The notes: a model not told the origin generated them from the sequence alone. A stretch of DNA of 30,483 nucleotides from Minisyncoccota bacterium (GCA_041660145.1 JBAZWX010000001.1:1662-32144), one strand, 5' to 3'. Counted from the first letter of the stretch, positions 1 to 8,942 are shown. Translations and numbers: made by a program.

Positions 1-448
1 GAAGGCCAGTTTGACCCAGAGGCCATTTTTTATCAATGATGTCCAAAATTTTTTCCAAATTATCCAAAAAACAAATTATTGATACACCGTTGATGGTGGT
101 TAAAAGCGCGATCTCGTCTCCCTGCGCGTTTATGACGCGTATATGATCTGGCAAATGTTCCTTGCTACCGCTGTCTCCCCACATTAGTATTCGATTACCT
201 GTGTCAAAGTAAGCTTGTCCCCAACTAATATCCTCTACTTCAGCAGGTGATGGCGGACGGGGCGAAGAAAGTGGAATTTTTCCTCTCTTGTAATACTCGC
301 CGGCTTTTCTGTGTCCAATTCTCAATCCATCAGTTCTTTTCCAAAAATACCCCACGCTGTGACCTTCTAGCGTATATCTATACTCTTTCCAGTTGCCAAT
401 TTGTGCACAAGTGGGCGTGCTTTCTTCCCCGATATAGACCACCTCCAT
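1..448 (-). CDS. Hypothetical protein, runs off the left edge (MEVVYIGEESTPTCAQIGNWKEYRYTLEGHSVGYFWKRTDG...)
   Basis: Manually translated minus frame is stop-free from 478 to the window edge; ATG at 448; protein-like composition; divergent from dcd. Not in the ORF track because it has no stop inside the window. Confidence 0.5.
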   Translation of the reverse strand, partial: MEVVYIGEESTPTCAQIGNWKEYRYTLEGHSVGYFWKRTDGLRIGHRKAGEYYKRGKIPLSSPRPPSPAEVEDISWGQAYFDTGNRILMWGDSGSKEHLPDHIRVINAQGDEIALLTTINGVSIICFLDNLEKILDIIDKKWPLGQTGL

Positions 449-597
449 CAGACATATTACACGACCGATTAGCCATTGTCACTATGTTTTCTCTGATACA
501 CATGGCAGGTTGGTTAACTTGTAATTTGCCAAGAACTTATTTCGCGTTTTGTATTCATCGCACAAAGATATATACTAGTCTAGGAAAAGGAGGGAAT

Positions 598-1005
598 ATG
601 ATACTGTCGGGAAAACTAATAGCCAAACTTATCAAAAACGGAAAGATCAAGATTGGGCCAAACCCAGAGATTAAAGAGGCGTCCGTCAAGATACATTTTG
701 GTGGCAGATTTGGAGAGACCAGGGAAACTCTTTCTGTTGTCGATAATTATATTCTTGAGCCCAAACATTTTGTTTTAGCCGAAAGTCGAGAAGACGTTGC
801 TTTGCCTGAAAACCTGGCGGGGCTGTACGACACATATGTTGGACTGGCGAGACAAGGTATAACTACTCACATGGGAAGTATGTTGGTTGACCCAGGTTTT
901 TGCGGGAAAATTCAACTGGAAATTTTTAATTGTTCCGATGTGGCGGTTGAGCTTAAAGAAGGTATGCGGGCTGGACACCTTATGATAGTTGAGGTTTTAA
1001 CTTAG
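598..1005 (+). CDS. dcd: dCTP deaminase/dUTPase-superfamily protein (short, 135 aa)
   Basis: MILS start, LARQG...H...VDPGFCGKIQLEIFN motifs typical of Dcd; strong SD (AAGGAGG) before ATG 598. The ORF-track extension 247-597 looks like an antisense shadow. Confidence 0.75.
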   Translation: MILSGKLIAKLIKNGKIKIGPNPEIKEASVKIHFGGRFGETRETLSVVDNYILEPKHFVLAESREDVALPENLAGLYDTYVGLARQGITTHMGSMLVDPGFCGKIQLEIFNCSDVAVELKEGMRAGHLMIVEVLT

Positions 1006-1035
1006 CAATTTTGCCAAACATTGGTTATCCAGTTA

Positions 1036-1067
1036 CCACCGGTCGGAACCGGTGGCGTTCGTTTTTT
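1036..1067 (+). terminator. Intrinsic terminator after dcd
   Basis: CCACCGGT-CGGA-ACCGGTGG 8-bp stem followed by CGTTCGTTTTTT. Confidence 0.6.
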
Positions 1068-1115
1068 GTGGCTTATTGTATTGTTGCGGAAATTTTCCGG
1101 TGCTATATTTATTAT

Positions 1116-1538
1116 ATGCTAAAGATATTGTTTAGGTTTTTTAGAAAATTTGAGAAATCCCTGGGAGTTAAGGTGCATTTTATTGAAACGGGTCTTGTGT
1201 TTTTAATATTGTCTATAACTGCAATTCTTTCCGGTAAAGGTTGGGTGGAATGGGTTGGAGTTTTTGGAGTTGTTTTTACTTTTGAATATCAAGTGCTCTC
1301 GACATATTTAGCAGAACACGGGGAGGCAAGAAAAAGGATAGGGAAACACGTGAAGTCAGATTTTATTTATAAGGAGATTCAGCTTTTGTATTATACAAAA
1401 GAGATCGTATGGATATCATATTTTTTACTTTTGGGGGCTTACTCTGCGATAGTCGGTACAATCGTTTTCATCTGTTACGGAGTTTGGAGGAGACTATATA
1501 GAAGCGAGTATCCGCTTTCGGACGAAGATATAATCTAG
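1116..1538 (+). CDS. Hypothetical multi-pass membrane protein (140 aa)
   Basis: 3-4 hydrophobic segments; ATG 1116 lies 6 nt after TGC-TATATT (extended -10-like). Confidence 0.75.
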   Translation: MLKILFRFFRKFEKSLGVKVHFIETGLVFLILSITAILSGKGWVEWVGVFGVVFTFEYQVLSTYLAEHGEARKRIGKHVKSDFIYKEIQLLYYTKEIVWISYFLLLGAYSAIVGTIVFICYGVWRRLYRSEYPLSDEDII

Positions 1539-1646
1539 TTGCGGTAACACGTTATGGGACCTCGTTTGCCAACCGGCGGGGTCGAGAAATATCTCTATAT
1601 GCACATGATATTATCTTTGCGCTATCTATTTTTGTATAATATACAC

Positions 1647-2516
1647 ATGATGACTAGAAAATTTAATGGGGGTGGGGTAAACATTTATTTAGTTCAGCTA
1701 ATTGTTTTTCTTGTCCCATTTTTTCTTCCCCTTTTTAAATTCAACATTGATACATCGACAATAATTACGGTAATCTCTCTTTTGTTTGCTATCTTGGCCG
1801 GTTTCTTTATAGCTGCGGCAACTTCCAACCATTTGAGACTTCAAAATCTAATTGCTGTTGAAAGCGCCACCACACTCACCATGTTCGATTTGGCCAAATA
1901 TATACAACCAAACAATGTTGCGCGTTTAGCGAATGCACTCGATGCTTATTTAATCGCAGTTCTTGATTACGAGTTGCTTGATTATGCCGGGAAAACAAAT
2001 AAAGAATTTAACGAGATTTTGGATGCCGTTGATACTATAAAGCCGGACAACACTGAGGGCATTCAAACTCTTTCTGTTTTGCAGGGATTAAAGTTTTCTT
2101 TTATATCGTGTGTGCGAGAAATGGAACTGACCGCGAAAAAAATTGTGACTCCACTACATTGGTCGGTACTTATGTCACTTAGCTTAATGCTTGGCGTTCT
2201 TTTGCTCGGTCTTCGTGACGGAACTATTTTATATTCTTTTGTAACCTCTATATTATTAATGGCCCTTTGCCAGGTACTGTTTCTCATCCAAAGTGTAGAT
2301 AGTAATGATTTTTTGGCAGATAACCTGGGATTTGAAACAACAGAGGCAGAGTTTGAAGCCATGGGGAAGCTACCATACTTTCCAGAGATTGCTATCAATG
2401 CAATTGCTAAGATCAAGGCCAGAGGAAAAACATATCGTGTTGGCTACTACAAAGATATTTCAAAATCTTTTGACAAGGAGATTAGGGTAGAGGGTGGAGA
2501 GGCTACTCCGCAGTAG
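1647..2516 (+). CDS. Membrane protein with two TM pairs around a soluble helical insert (possibly DUF4239/bestrophin-like)
   Basis: Long ORF; hydrophobic blocks near the N-terminus and at ~aa 170-215; TATAAT at 1635-1640, 6 nt before ATG. Family call is tentative. Confidence 0.7.
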   Translation: MMTRKFNGGGVNIYLVQLIVFLVPFFLPLFKFNIDTSTIITVISLLFAILAGFFIAAATSNHLRLQNLIAVESATTLTMFDLAKYIQPNNVARLANALDAYLIAVLDYELLDYAGKTNKEFNEILDAVDTIKPDNTEGIQTLSVLQGLKFSFISCVREMELTAKKIVTPLHWSVLMSLSLMLGVLLLGLRDGTILYSFVTSILLMALCQVLFLIQSVDSNDFLADNLGFETTEAEFEAMGKLPYFPEIAINAIAKIKARGKTYRVGYYKDISKSFDKEIRVEGGEATPQ

Positions 2517-2706
2517 GCTACTTGAGATAGTTTTTTCACAGTGCTCACTCGAAATAATTTTTCGTAACCTGAAACGCTTTAACGTCTTTCTATGTTGTGT
2601 AGAACCCGATACATCGTCTTTGTAAAACACACAAACGTTAGATATATGTCAGCGGGAAGAAACGGGTTAACTTCTAAAATATACTTAACCAGTTTGAATT
2701 TGCCCA

Positions 2707-2730
2707 GGTGTATCGATATATCGATACACC
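2707..2730. repeat. Perfect 24-bp palindrome GGTGTATCGATATATCGATACACC
   Basis: Read directly; 12+12 perfect inverted repeat with no loop, intergenic. Confidence 0.95.
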
Positions 2731-2796
2731 CAAGGTGATTAGACGCAACGGAAAATCCAAGAAATAATAAATTGATAAATTGATGGATGGATTTGC

Positions 2797-2834
2797 GTTC
2801 TTAAATATGTGACGATCGTCACATATTTAAGAAC
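2797..2834. repeat. Perfect 38-bp palindrome GTTCTTAAATATGTGACGATCGTCACATATTTAAGAAC
   Basis: Read directly; 19+19 perfect inverted repeat with no loop, intergenic. Confidence 0.95.
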
Positions 2835-2923
2835 AGGAGGTATTGGTCGCGCCACTACGCATCGCTTGTGTTTGGAAATTAAGTCTCAGATCATTTAGTA
2901 TCTTTGATGATATAATAACTTTT

Positions 2924-4189
2924 ATGTTTGGCAACCTTAGAAAGGAACTGTGGACCCATGAGCTTAGCGCCTGGTACCTATATGATTGTGCCAATTCTTT
3001 CGTAACCATAGTTTTTACACTCTACTTTTCCCAGTGGATAATCGTCGATAAGGGGTTGACAGATTTTTGGCTCTCTTTGCCTTTTATCATTACTACAATA
3101 ATTCTCATATTTTTATCGACACATGTTGGGGCGCTAGGAGATAGAAACGGGAGCCATAATCGTATATTTGTTATCACAACCATATTTTCCATGTTGGCGG
3201 CCTTGGGCGTTGTGGCGGTGGGTCGTTTTGTCCCATCGCCTTTGGGTACTGTATTCGCCCTAGTGTTTTATGGCGTCTATCAATTTTTTATACAGCTTGC
3301 GATTGTCCCTTATTACTCTTTCATTAAACATATATCTACTCCGGAAGTTTATGGCAAGGTTTCTGGTATAGGTTTTACAGTAAGCCAGGTCGGAAATATC
3401 GGTGGGCTTTTGCTATCTCTTCTAATTATTGAAGGCCATCTGACTTTGTTTGGAACAGATCGCCTTGCGCCCATATTATTTGGTTTGCTGATATTTGCCA
3501 TTGTGGCCATCCCGCCCATTATTATTTTTGGTAAGAAGAAAATTCCAGCTACTTCCGTACCGGAGGTGCCTTTTTGGAGGGCTTTTGTGTCAAACCTACG
3601 TTCTTCCCGAAAGTATCCCGGAGTGTTTCCCTTACTTCTCTCATACTATTTTTTTATTGATGCCATCGCAACATTGTCTTTATTCTCGGCAGTTTATCTT
3701 CAGAATGTTTTTGGCGTTGATGATGTTTTTAAGGTAAAAATATATGTCCTTATTTTGATTGGGTTTGCCATAGGGGCATTTTTGACAGGGCCGCTGGCCG
3801 ACCGATTTAACCACAGAAAGTCTCTTGTCGTTGCACTTGTTGTAGAAGGCTTGTCTATCATCGGCGTTGCACTTTCAACAGACATTGCTGTGCTGACGGT
3901 TGCTTTTCTTGTATTTGGAACAATGATGGGGTCTGTATATTCATCTTCTCGAGGTTATCTGGCCTCGCTTATTCCTCAAGAAGAGAGTGGCACGTATTTT
4001 GGTCTTTACACTTTTGCCGAACGTTTTGCTTCTGTTGTTGGGCCACTGGTTTGGGGTATCGTTATATGGTGGTTTGCATCGATATTTCCTGTCAATTATC
4101 GTATAGCGGCTTTTATTATGGGAGTCATAACTATCGCTGGCGCAATACCGCTCATTTTGAAAGGTAAGGATGTTATTCCAAAACCATAG
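2924..4189 (+). CDS. MFS transporter, UMF1/ATG22-like family
   Basis: 12-TM pattern; WYLYDCANS N-terminal motif; GALGDRNG and GPLADRFN loop motifs; YFGLYTFAERFASVVGPL. ATG 2924 lies 7 nt after TGA-TATAAT. Confidence 0.85.
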   Translation: MFGNLRKELWTHELSAWYLYDCANSFVTIVFTLYFSQWIIVDKGLTDFWLSLPFIITTIILIFLSTHVGALGDRNGSHNRIFVITTIFSMLAALGVVAVGRFVPSPLGTVFALVFYGVYQFFIQLAIVPYYSFIKHISTPEVYGKVSGIGFTVSQVGNIGGLLLSLLIIEGHLTLFGTDRLAPILFGLLIFAIVAIPPIIIFGKKKIPATSVPEVPFWRAFVSNLRSSRKYPGVFPLLLSYYFFIDAIATLSLFSAVYLQNVFGVDDVFKVKIYVLILIGFAIGAFLTGPLADRFNHRKSLVVALVVEGLSIIGVALSTDIAVLTVAFLVFGTMMGSVYSSSRGYLASLIPQEESGTYFGLYTFAERFASVVGPLVWGIVIWWFASIFPVNYRIAAFIMGVITIAGAIPLILKGKDVIPKP

Positions 4190-4308
4190 TTTGATCGCTC
4201 TATTTGTTTGATGTTGATGGCCCAGACGCGACGCGAGAACAAGTAGAAGGTTTCACCTTCTGGGGGATATTGGTAACCTCTTGCTACGCGCGATGCGCCC
4301 GCCGCGCG

Positions 4309-4337
4309 TTGACTTTGCCATTTCAAAATGGTAGATT
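4309..4337 (+). promoter_or_regulatory. sigma70-like promoter for the orphan operon
   Basis: TTGACT-17 bp-TAGATT with TG extension. Confidence 0.55.
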
Positions 4338-4370
4338 TTCTACGAACTCGTTGACAAAATATCCTTGTTT

Positions 4371-4718
4371 ATGGCTCAAAAACGGGGGGATGAGGAGGTC
4401 GATTTGCCTGGGAAAACAAAGAAGCCAATGGATTTAGTCGAGCTCGACCAGCTTCTTGCCTCGCAAGGAGGTATTAGGCCCCCTACAATCTACGGTAGAA
4501 ATGTGGAGCGTTGCGACGTCGAGTACATGATTGAAAACGGCCAGGCCGATCAGGCCTTGGTTTTGGCTACTCAGTGTCGTTTTTCCGATCTTTCGGAACG
4601 AGCTGCTAAGATCATCGTTGCAAACTCTGACGGTGTATATATGCGCCGTTGCGTTGTTCGCGCCAAGGTACGCCCGCATACCAGCAGGCGCGTGAGGTCA
4701 CAAAAGGAGGACGTCTGA
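4371..4718 (+). CDS. Hypothetical soluble protein, first gene of the orphan operon
   Basis: ORF after the promoter; its TGA overlaps the next ATG (TGATG). Confidence 0.6.
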   Translation: MAQKRGDEEVDLPGKTKKPMDLVELDQLLASQGGIRPPTIYGRNVERCDVEYMIENGQADQALVLATQCRFSDLSERAAKIIVANSDGVYMRRCVVRAKVRPHTSRRVRSQKEDV

Positions 4719-4939
4719 TGGAAGTATCGCTAACGTTGGCTCTTGTTCTTGTCGCGCTTATTCCGTTGGTGTGTATCTTGGAAGAGCAGGGCAAACATCC
4801 CATTCTGGTTTTTCTCTTTGCAGCAGCTCTTTCCGTTGCTGTTTTCTCTCTATTTGGAATGGCAGTTGTGAAGATTGCCTCTGGCGTCTCTTTCGTTATG
4901 GGCCACGCTTCCCTTATCTATCTCGTACCAATGAGTTGA
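4718..4939 (+). CDS. Small hypothetical membrane protein (73 aa)
   Basis: AGGAGG SD, overlapping start, 2-3 hydrophobic helices. Confidence 0.7.
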   Translation: MEVSLTLALVLVALIPLVCILEEQGKHPILVFLFAAALSVAVFSLFGMAVVKIASGVSFVMGHASLIYLVPMS

Positions 4940-4972
4940 CGATACTTGGAGGGGGGGCAAAGGAGAAGCGGA

Positions 4973-5344
4973 GTGAACAACAGAAAAGTCAGGCTTGCGT
5001 TGAGTCTTGTCTCCACCATGGCCTTGTCTGCGGTGATGCTTTATTGCCTTCCGGTATCTGACGTGAGTATTGTTATCCCCGCCGGAATTTATTTTCTTGT
5101 TCTCTCCTTGTCTGAAAGATGGGTATGGAGTAATGGGCACGATCTTTGTTTTGTCGATGGCGACACGGTCAGGCCGGCATTTTATATGTTTCTGTCTTTG
5201 TTGGCAGGCATCATTGGAGCTGGACTAACGTGTGGAAACAAATCGGATGTGGCGTTTTATGTTTCTGCAGGAACAATGATTTTGTTTGGTTTGTGTGACC
5301 GTCTTGCTTGGGGTACAAAGCTGCAGTTTGGGAGCGGCGACTGA
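4973..5344 (+). CDS. Hypothetical 4-TM membrane protein
   Basis: AAGGAG SD before GTG 4973; hydrophobic helices. Confidence 0.7.
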   Translation: MNNRKVRLALSLVSTMALSAVMLYCLPVSDVSIVIPAGIYFLVLSLSERWVWSNGHDLCFVDGDTVRPAFYMFLSLLAGIIGAGLTCGNKSDVAFYVSAGTMILFGLCDRLAWGTKLQFGSGD

Positions 5345-5361
5345 GGAGAGGAAAACGACAC

Positions 5362-5622
5362 ATGCCGTACACCAAAGACACCCGGTTGTATATTCTTCTC
5401 GTTATCGCGTTTATTTTCTCGTACACCGGTGCAGGTTTTGTCACGGAGGCTAGCCGCCCGCATTATTTTTCTCTCGCGTATTTTGTGAGCGCTTTCATTG
5501 CCCTTGTCTTTCACATGCTTCTGTGTGCTGCCGAAGAGGGGGCATCAAAGTCTGATATAGCACCAAAGAGTTCTGTGCAGGAAAGTGCAGATGTTGTCCC
5601 AAAACAGGAGGAGAAGGCATGA
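5362..5622 (+). CDS. Hypothetical 2-TM membrane protein with acidic/polar tail
   Basis: GAGGAG SD; ATGA overlap with the next gene. Confidence 0.7.
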   Translation: MPYTKDTRLYILLVIAFIFSYTGAGFVTEASRPHYFSLAYFVSAFIALVFHMLLCAAEEGASKSDIAPKSSVQESADVVPKQEEKA

Positions 5623-6527
5623 CGATGGCAGAAACTACGTTCGTGACTTTCGTTTTTTCACTCCTAGTATCTTTTCTCTATGCCGTGCATCGCGATAAGG
5701 TCGAGAATGAAGGAAATGTTAGTGTGTTTACTAACAACATCTATACGACTTTCTGCCGACTTGTTGTTGGGCTGATGTTGTTTAACATTTTTCTGGTTTG
5801 TCGTTATGACGTAGGCGCTATTACCAACAGTTTTGCTTTGGCTCTTGCCGCAGTTCTTTGCTATGAGATGCGCAAGCTGGCTTCGCCTGGTTATTTCTGC
5901 CCGAGCAATCCCGGTGACTGGGCAATTGCGAGTTGGGAAGAGACGAAGTCTTTCCCGTGCCGATTGGTGATTTATCTTTGGGGTATTCTCGTGGTCTCTT
6001 GGTACGTTGTTGTCTCTATCCTCTGTAACTTCTGGACTGTCGGTCATCTGCCTTTGCTTCTTGGATGTGCGGTCTCGGGTTGGATTTCTGTTGTTGTGCT
6101 TCGGTCGACTCAACGTACTGGTAACCAGATCAGAGACTATGAGTACTTGTTGTCGATTGCCGAAAGCGACGAAGATAGGTCGCGATACGAAGATGGTCTC
6201 AGAACTGCCTGTTTTTGCTTGGTAAAGGATGCTTTTAAAGGAGCAGCTGTGTTTGCCGTGGTGGGTGTCGCTGGTCTTGGTCTTGGGAATATTATCCTAG
6301 ACCAACAGTGGTGTCTCGAATTGGCGGGACTTATTGCACTTGCGCTAGCCCTCAGCAATATTCTCACTGTCTATGACTATGAGGTGGGGATGGTCTATGT
6401 GAACTCTCATGGAAATCTCCTGAGATTTCTCAAAGACCAGATGGATGTTTTTTGGTTGGCATTGGTTCTCGTCTTTTTCTCACTGGGTCTCTGGTTTGAG
6501 ATCCTGACCAAGATTTTTGTTTTCTAG
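5619..6527 (+). CDS. Hypothetical Cys-rich multi-pass membrane protein (302 aa)
   Basis: AGGAGG SD; about 8 hydrophobic segments; followed by a terminator. Confidence 0.8.
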   Translation: MTMAETTFVTFVFSLLVSFLYAVHRDKVENEGNVSVFTNNIYTTFCRLVVGLMLFNIFLVCRYDVGAITNSFALALAAVLCYEMRKLASPGYFCPSNPGDWAIASWEETKSFPCRLVIYLWGILVVSWYVVVSILCNFWTVGHLPLLLGCAVSGWISVVVLRSTQRTGNQIRDYEYLLSIAESDEDRSRYEDGLRTACFCLVKDAFKGAAVFAVVGVAGLGLGNIILDQQWCLELAGLIALALALSNILTVYDYEVGMVYVNSHGNLLRFLKDQMDVFWLALVLVFFSLGLWFEILTKIFVF

Positions 6528-6552
6528 ACTTTGATCTTAAGGATCTTACCTT

Positions 6553-6577
6553 CCCCGCTTCGGCGGGGCTTTCTTTT
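6553..6577 (+). terminator. Intrinsic terminator
   Basis: CCCCGC-TTCG-GCGGGG (cUUCGg loop) followed by CTTTCTTTT. Confidence 0.8.
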
Positions 6578-6635
6578 ATCAGGCAATCCTGTGTGTGAAT
6601 GCGGAGAGGAGTTTATCGGAGATATTTGCCGATTT

Positions 6636-6658
6636 ACTTGGAAGCTCAGCTTCCAAGT
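6636..6658. repeat. Palindrome ACTTGGAAGCT-C-AGCTTCCAAGT
   Basis: 11-bp perfect arms with a 1-nt centre, intergenic upstream of ftsH. Confidence 0.9.
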
Positions 6659-6720
6659 GGCGCTAAGAAGTAGCGTATAGGACCTTTCTTTTTCTCAAAT
6701 TTTATGTATAATTATTGTTT

Positions 6721-8646
6721 ATGAGTGCTAAAAACAACGGAAAAGGCTTTAAAAAAAGCCACAAAAATGAGAACAATGAAAATGGTGACGGTTGGAAGGT
6801 TTTGGCCCAGTTTGGTCGTCACTTTTTTGGTGCGGCTCTTATTTTTCTGATGCTTGTAAGCATCTATTCTATTTTTTCTGACAAACAAACAACAACTGAC
6901 GAAAACATAACAATATCGAATGTCGCCTCTGACATAAAATCTGGATTAGTGTCTAAAATTTCTGTCGAAGGTGAAAAGTTGTCCATCGACTACAAAGATG
7001 GAAAAACAAAATTTTCTAAGAAGGAGTCTGAAGCTGCTCTGTCTGAGACATTGGTTAACTATGGGGTAGATGGTACCAATCTCGCCGGAGTGTCGATTGA
7101 AGTGAAGGAGCCAACGGGTTTTATGTATTGGTTTAGTAATTTGGCCCCATTTCTTGGACCACTTATCCTTGCTCTTATAATTCTTTGGATAATTTCTAGA
7201 CAACTTCGAGGTTCGGCAATGCAGGCCTTTTCATTTGGGCAGTCACGAGCCAGAATAATAAGTCCTGACGATGAAGGTCAAACCGTAAAATTTAAAGATG
7301 TCGCCGGTGCCAAGGAAGCAAAGGAAGAGTTGATGGAGATAGTTGATTTTCTAAAAAATCCTAAAAAATTCATAAATATTGGCGCGCGAATACCAAAAGG
7401 AGTTATTTTGATGGGGCCCCCGGGTTCCGGAAAAACCCTTTTGGCTCGAGCCGTTGCCGGTGAAGCAAATGTTCCATTTGTTTATCTTTCTGGTTCTGAA
7501 TTTGTCGAAATGTTTGTCGGAGTTGGGGCGTCTCGTGTTCGAGACTTGTTTGCTGTCGCTAAAAAGATTTCCCCATCAATTATTTTTGTTGATGAAATAG
7601 ATGCAGTAGGTCGCCACCGGGGAAGCGGAATGGGTGGCGGAAACGACGAACGTGAACAAACGCTCAACCAAATTCTTGTTGAGATGGATGGATTTGAGCC
7701 GAATGAAAAAGTTATCGTTATGGCCGCAACGAACAGACCAGATGTTTTGGATCCGGCCTTATTGCGTCCAGGACGTTTTGATAGGCGAGTTACGCTCGAT
7801 CTGCCAGATATAAACGATCGTGAAGAGATTCTAAAAATTCATGCGGCAAAAAAGCCATTTGAGGAAGGCGTGGTTTTGAGGAAGGTTGCCGAAAGAACCC
7901 CGGGTTTCTCTGGTGCTGACCTTGCTAACCTTATGAACGAAGCGTCAATTTTGGCAGCCCGAGAAAACAGGTTGCAGGTTTCTCAGATGGATCTACTTAA
8001 ATCTGTAGAGAAGGTCATGCTTGGTCCTGAAAGAAAAAGTTATGTATTGTCTCTGGACGAAAAGAAGGTCACTGCATACCATGAAATGGGCCACGCGCTT
8101 GTTGCGTCTGTTTTGGAACACTCTGACCCGGTTCATAAAGTTTCTATTATTTCTCGAGGCCAAGCAGCCGGCTATACTCTTAAGTTACCTTTGGAAGAAA
8201 AAAGGTTGCACACTAAAAAACAGTTTTTGGATGATATCGCTGTGTCGCTTGGTGGTTATTCTGCCGAGAAAATAGTTTTTGGAGATATAACAACCGGAGC
8301 ATCAAACGATATTGCTATGGCCAGCGCTTTAGCTCGGGATATGGTTACGCGTTTCGGTATGTCTGATGCTATCGGCCCAGTCGACTTTGGTGAAACAGGC
8401 ACAACAAACATTTTTGGTGGTCATCCAAAAACAGGGGCTTACTCCGAAAATATTGCAGCCAAACTAGACGAGGAAGTTTCTGGAATAATGAACAAAGCTC
8501 ACGAAAGAGCTCGCACACTTCTTTTGGAAAAGCGAGATGTCTTAGACAAAATGTCTAAACATTTGCAGGAAACAGAAACAATTGAGCAGGCCGATTTCGA
8601 AAAACTTCTTATCGAAAACGGTATAACACCCAAGAAAAAAGCCTAA
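6721..8646 (+). CDS. ftsH: ATP-dependent zinc metalloprotease FtsH
   Basis: 2 TM helices, Walker A GPPGSGKT, Walker [36 protein letters not shown] zinc motif. Confidence 0.97.
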   Translation: MSAKNNGKGFKKSHKNENNENGDGWKVLAQFGRHFFGAALIFLMLVSIYSIFSDKQTTTDENITISNVASDIKSGLVSKISVEGEKLSIDYKDGKTKFSKKESEAALSETLVNYGVDGTNLAGVSIEVKEPTGFMYWFSNLAPFLGPLILALIILWIISRQLRGSAMQAFSFGQSRARIISPDDEGQTVKFKDVAGAKEAKEELMEIVDFLKNPKKFINIGARIPKGVILMGPPGSGKTLLARAVAGEANVPFVYLSGSEFVEMFVGVGASRVRDLFAVAKKISPSIIFVDEIDAVGRHRGSGMGGGNDEREQTLNQILVEMDGFEPNEKVIVMAATNRPDVLDPALLRPGRFDRRVTLDLPDINDREEILKIHAAKKPFEEGVVLRKVAERTPGFSGADLANLMNEASILAARENRLQVSQMDLLKSVEKVMLGPERKSYVLSLDEKKVTAYHEMGHALVASVLEHSDPVHKVSIISRGQAAGYTLKLPLEEKRLHTKKQFLDDIAVSLGGYSAEKIVFGDITTGASNDIAMASALARDMVTRFGMSDAIGPVDFGETGTTNIFGGHPKTGAYSENIAAKLDEEVSGIMNKAHERARTLLLEKRDVLDKMSKHLQETETIEQADFEKLLIENGITPKKKA

Positions 8647-8695
8647 TTTCTGGGGTTTACTTCCGTCAGAAAATAATCTATATTTATTTGAAGAA

Positions 8696-8768
8696 GCACG
8701 CTTAGCTCAGTTGGTAGAGCTGTCGTCTTATACACGACTGGTCCCAGGTTCGAGTCCTGGAGCGTGCA
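8696..8768 (+). tRNA. tRNA-Ile with anticodon TAT (UAU); CCA not encoded on this copy
   Basis: Full cloverleaf: acceptor GCACGCT/AGCGTGC, D-arm GCTC/GAGC, anticodon stem GTCGT/ACGAC with loop CT-TAT-AC (anticodon 8729-8731), T-arm CCAGG-TTCGAGT-CCTGG, discriminator A. Confidence 0.9.
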
Positions 8769-8942
8769 CAAAACGAGGAGACCCTGCCGTTAAGGCAGGG
8801 TCGACATCGTTTTGTAGTAACGACACAGGACGAGAACGCCGGAGCGTTGCCCCGAGATTAACGAGGGGCCGCGAGGCGGTGCCTAGTCCGAACCGAGCGA
8901 TGGCGAGGTGAGAGGCGAAGGAGAGTCCTGGAGCGTGCACCA
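8752..8942 (+). mobile_element. 171-bp tRNA-3'-end-anchored mini-element or island remnant bounded by 18-bp direct repeats
   Basis: GAGTCCTGGAGCGTGCAC at 8752-8769 and 8923-8940; the downstream copy continues into CCA (8940-8942); GC-rich hairpin-containing spacer; no integrase. Confidence 0.65.

Noticed and set aside
247-597. N-terminal 117-aa extension of the dcd ORF
   Set aside because: Cys/Phe-rich antisense-like sequence overlapping a better minus-strand ORF; strong SD and family-typical start at 598.
8696-8942. tRNA-Val, or a self-splicing intron in the T-loop
   Set aside because: The anticodon reads TAT with Ile identity pairs; the upstream copy is already a complete tRNA, and 171 bp shows no recognisable group I/II core or bulge-helix-bulge motif.
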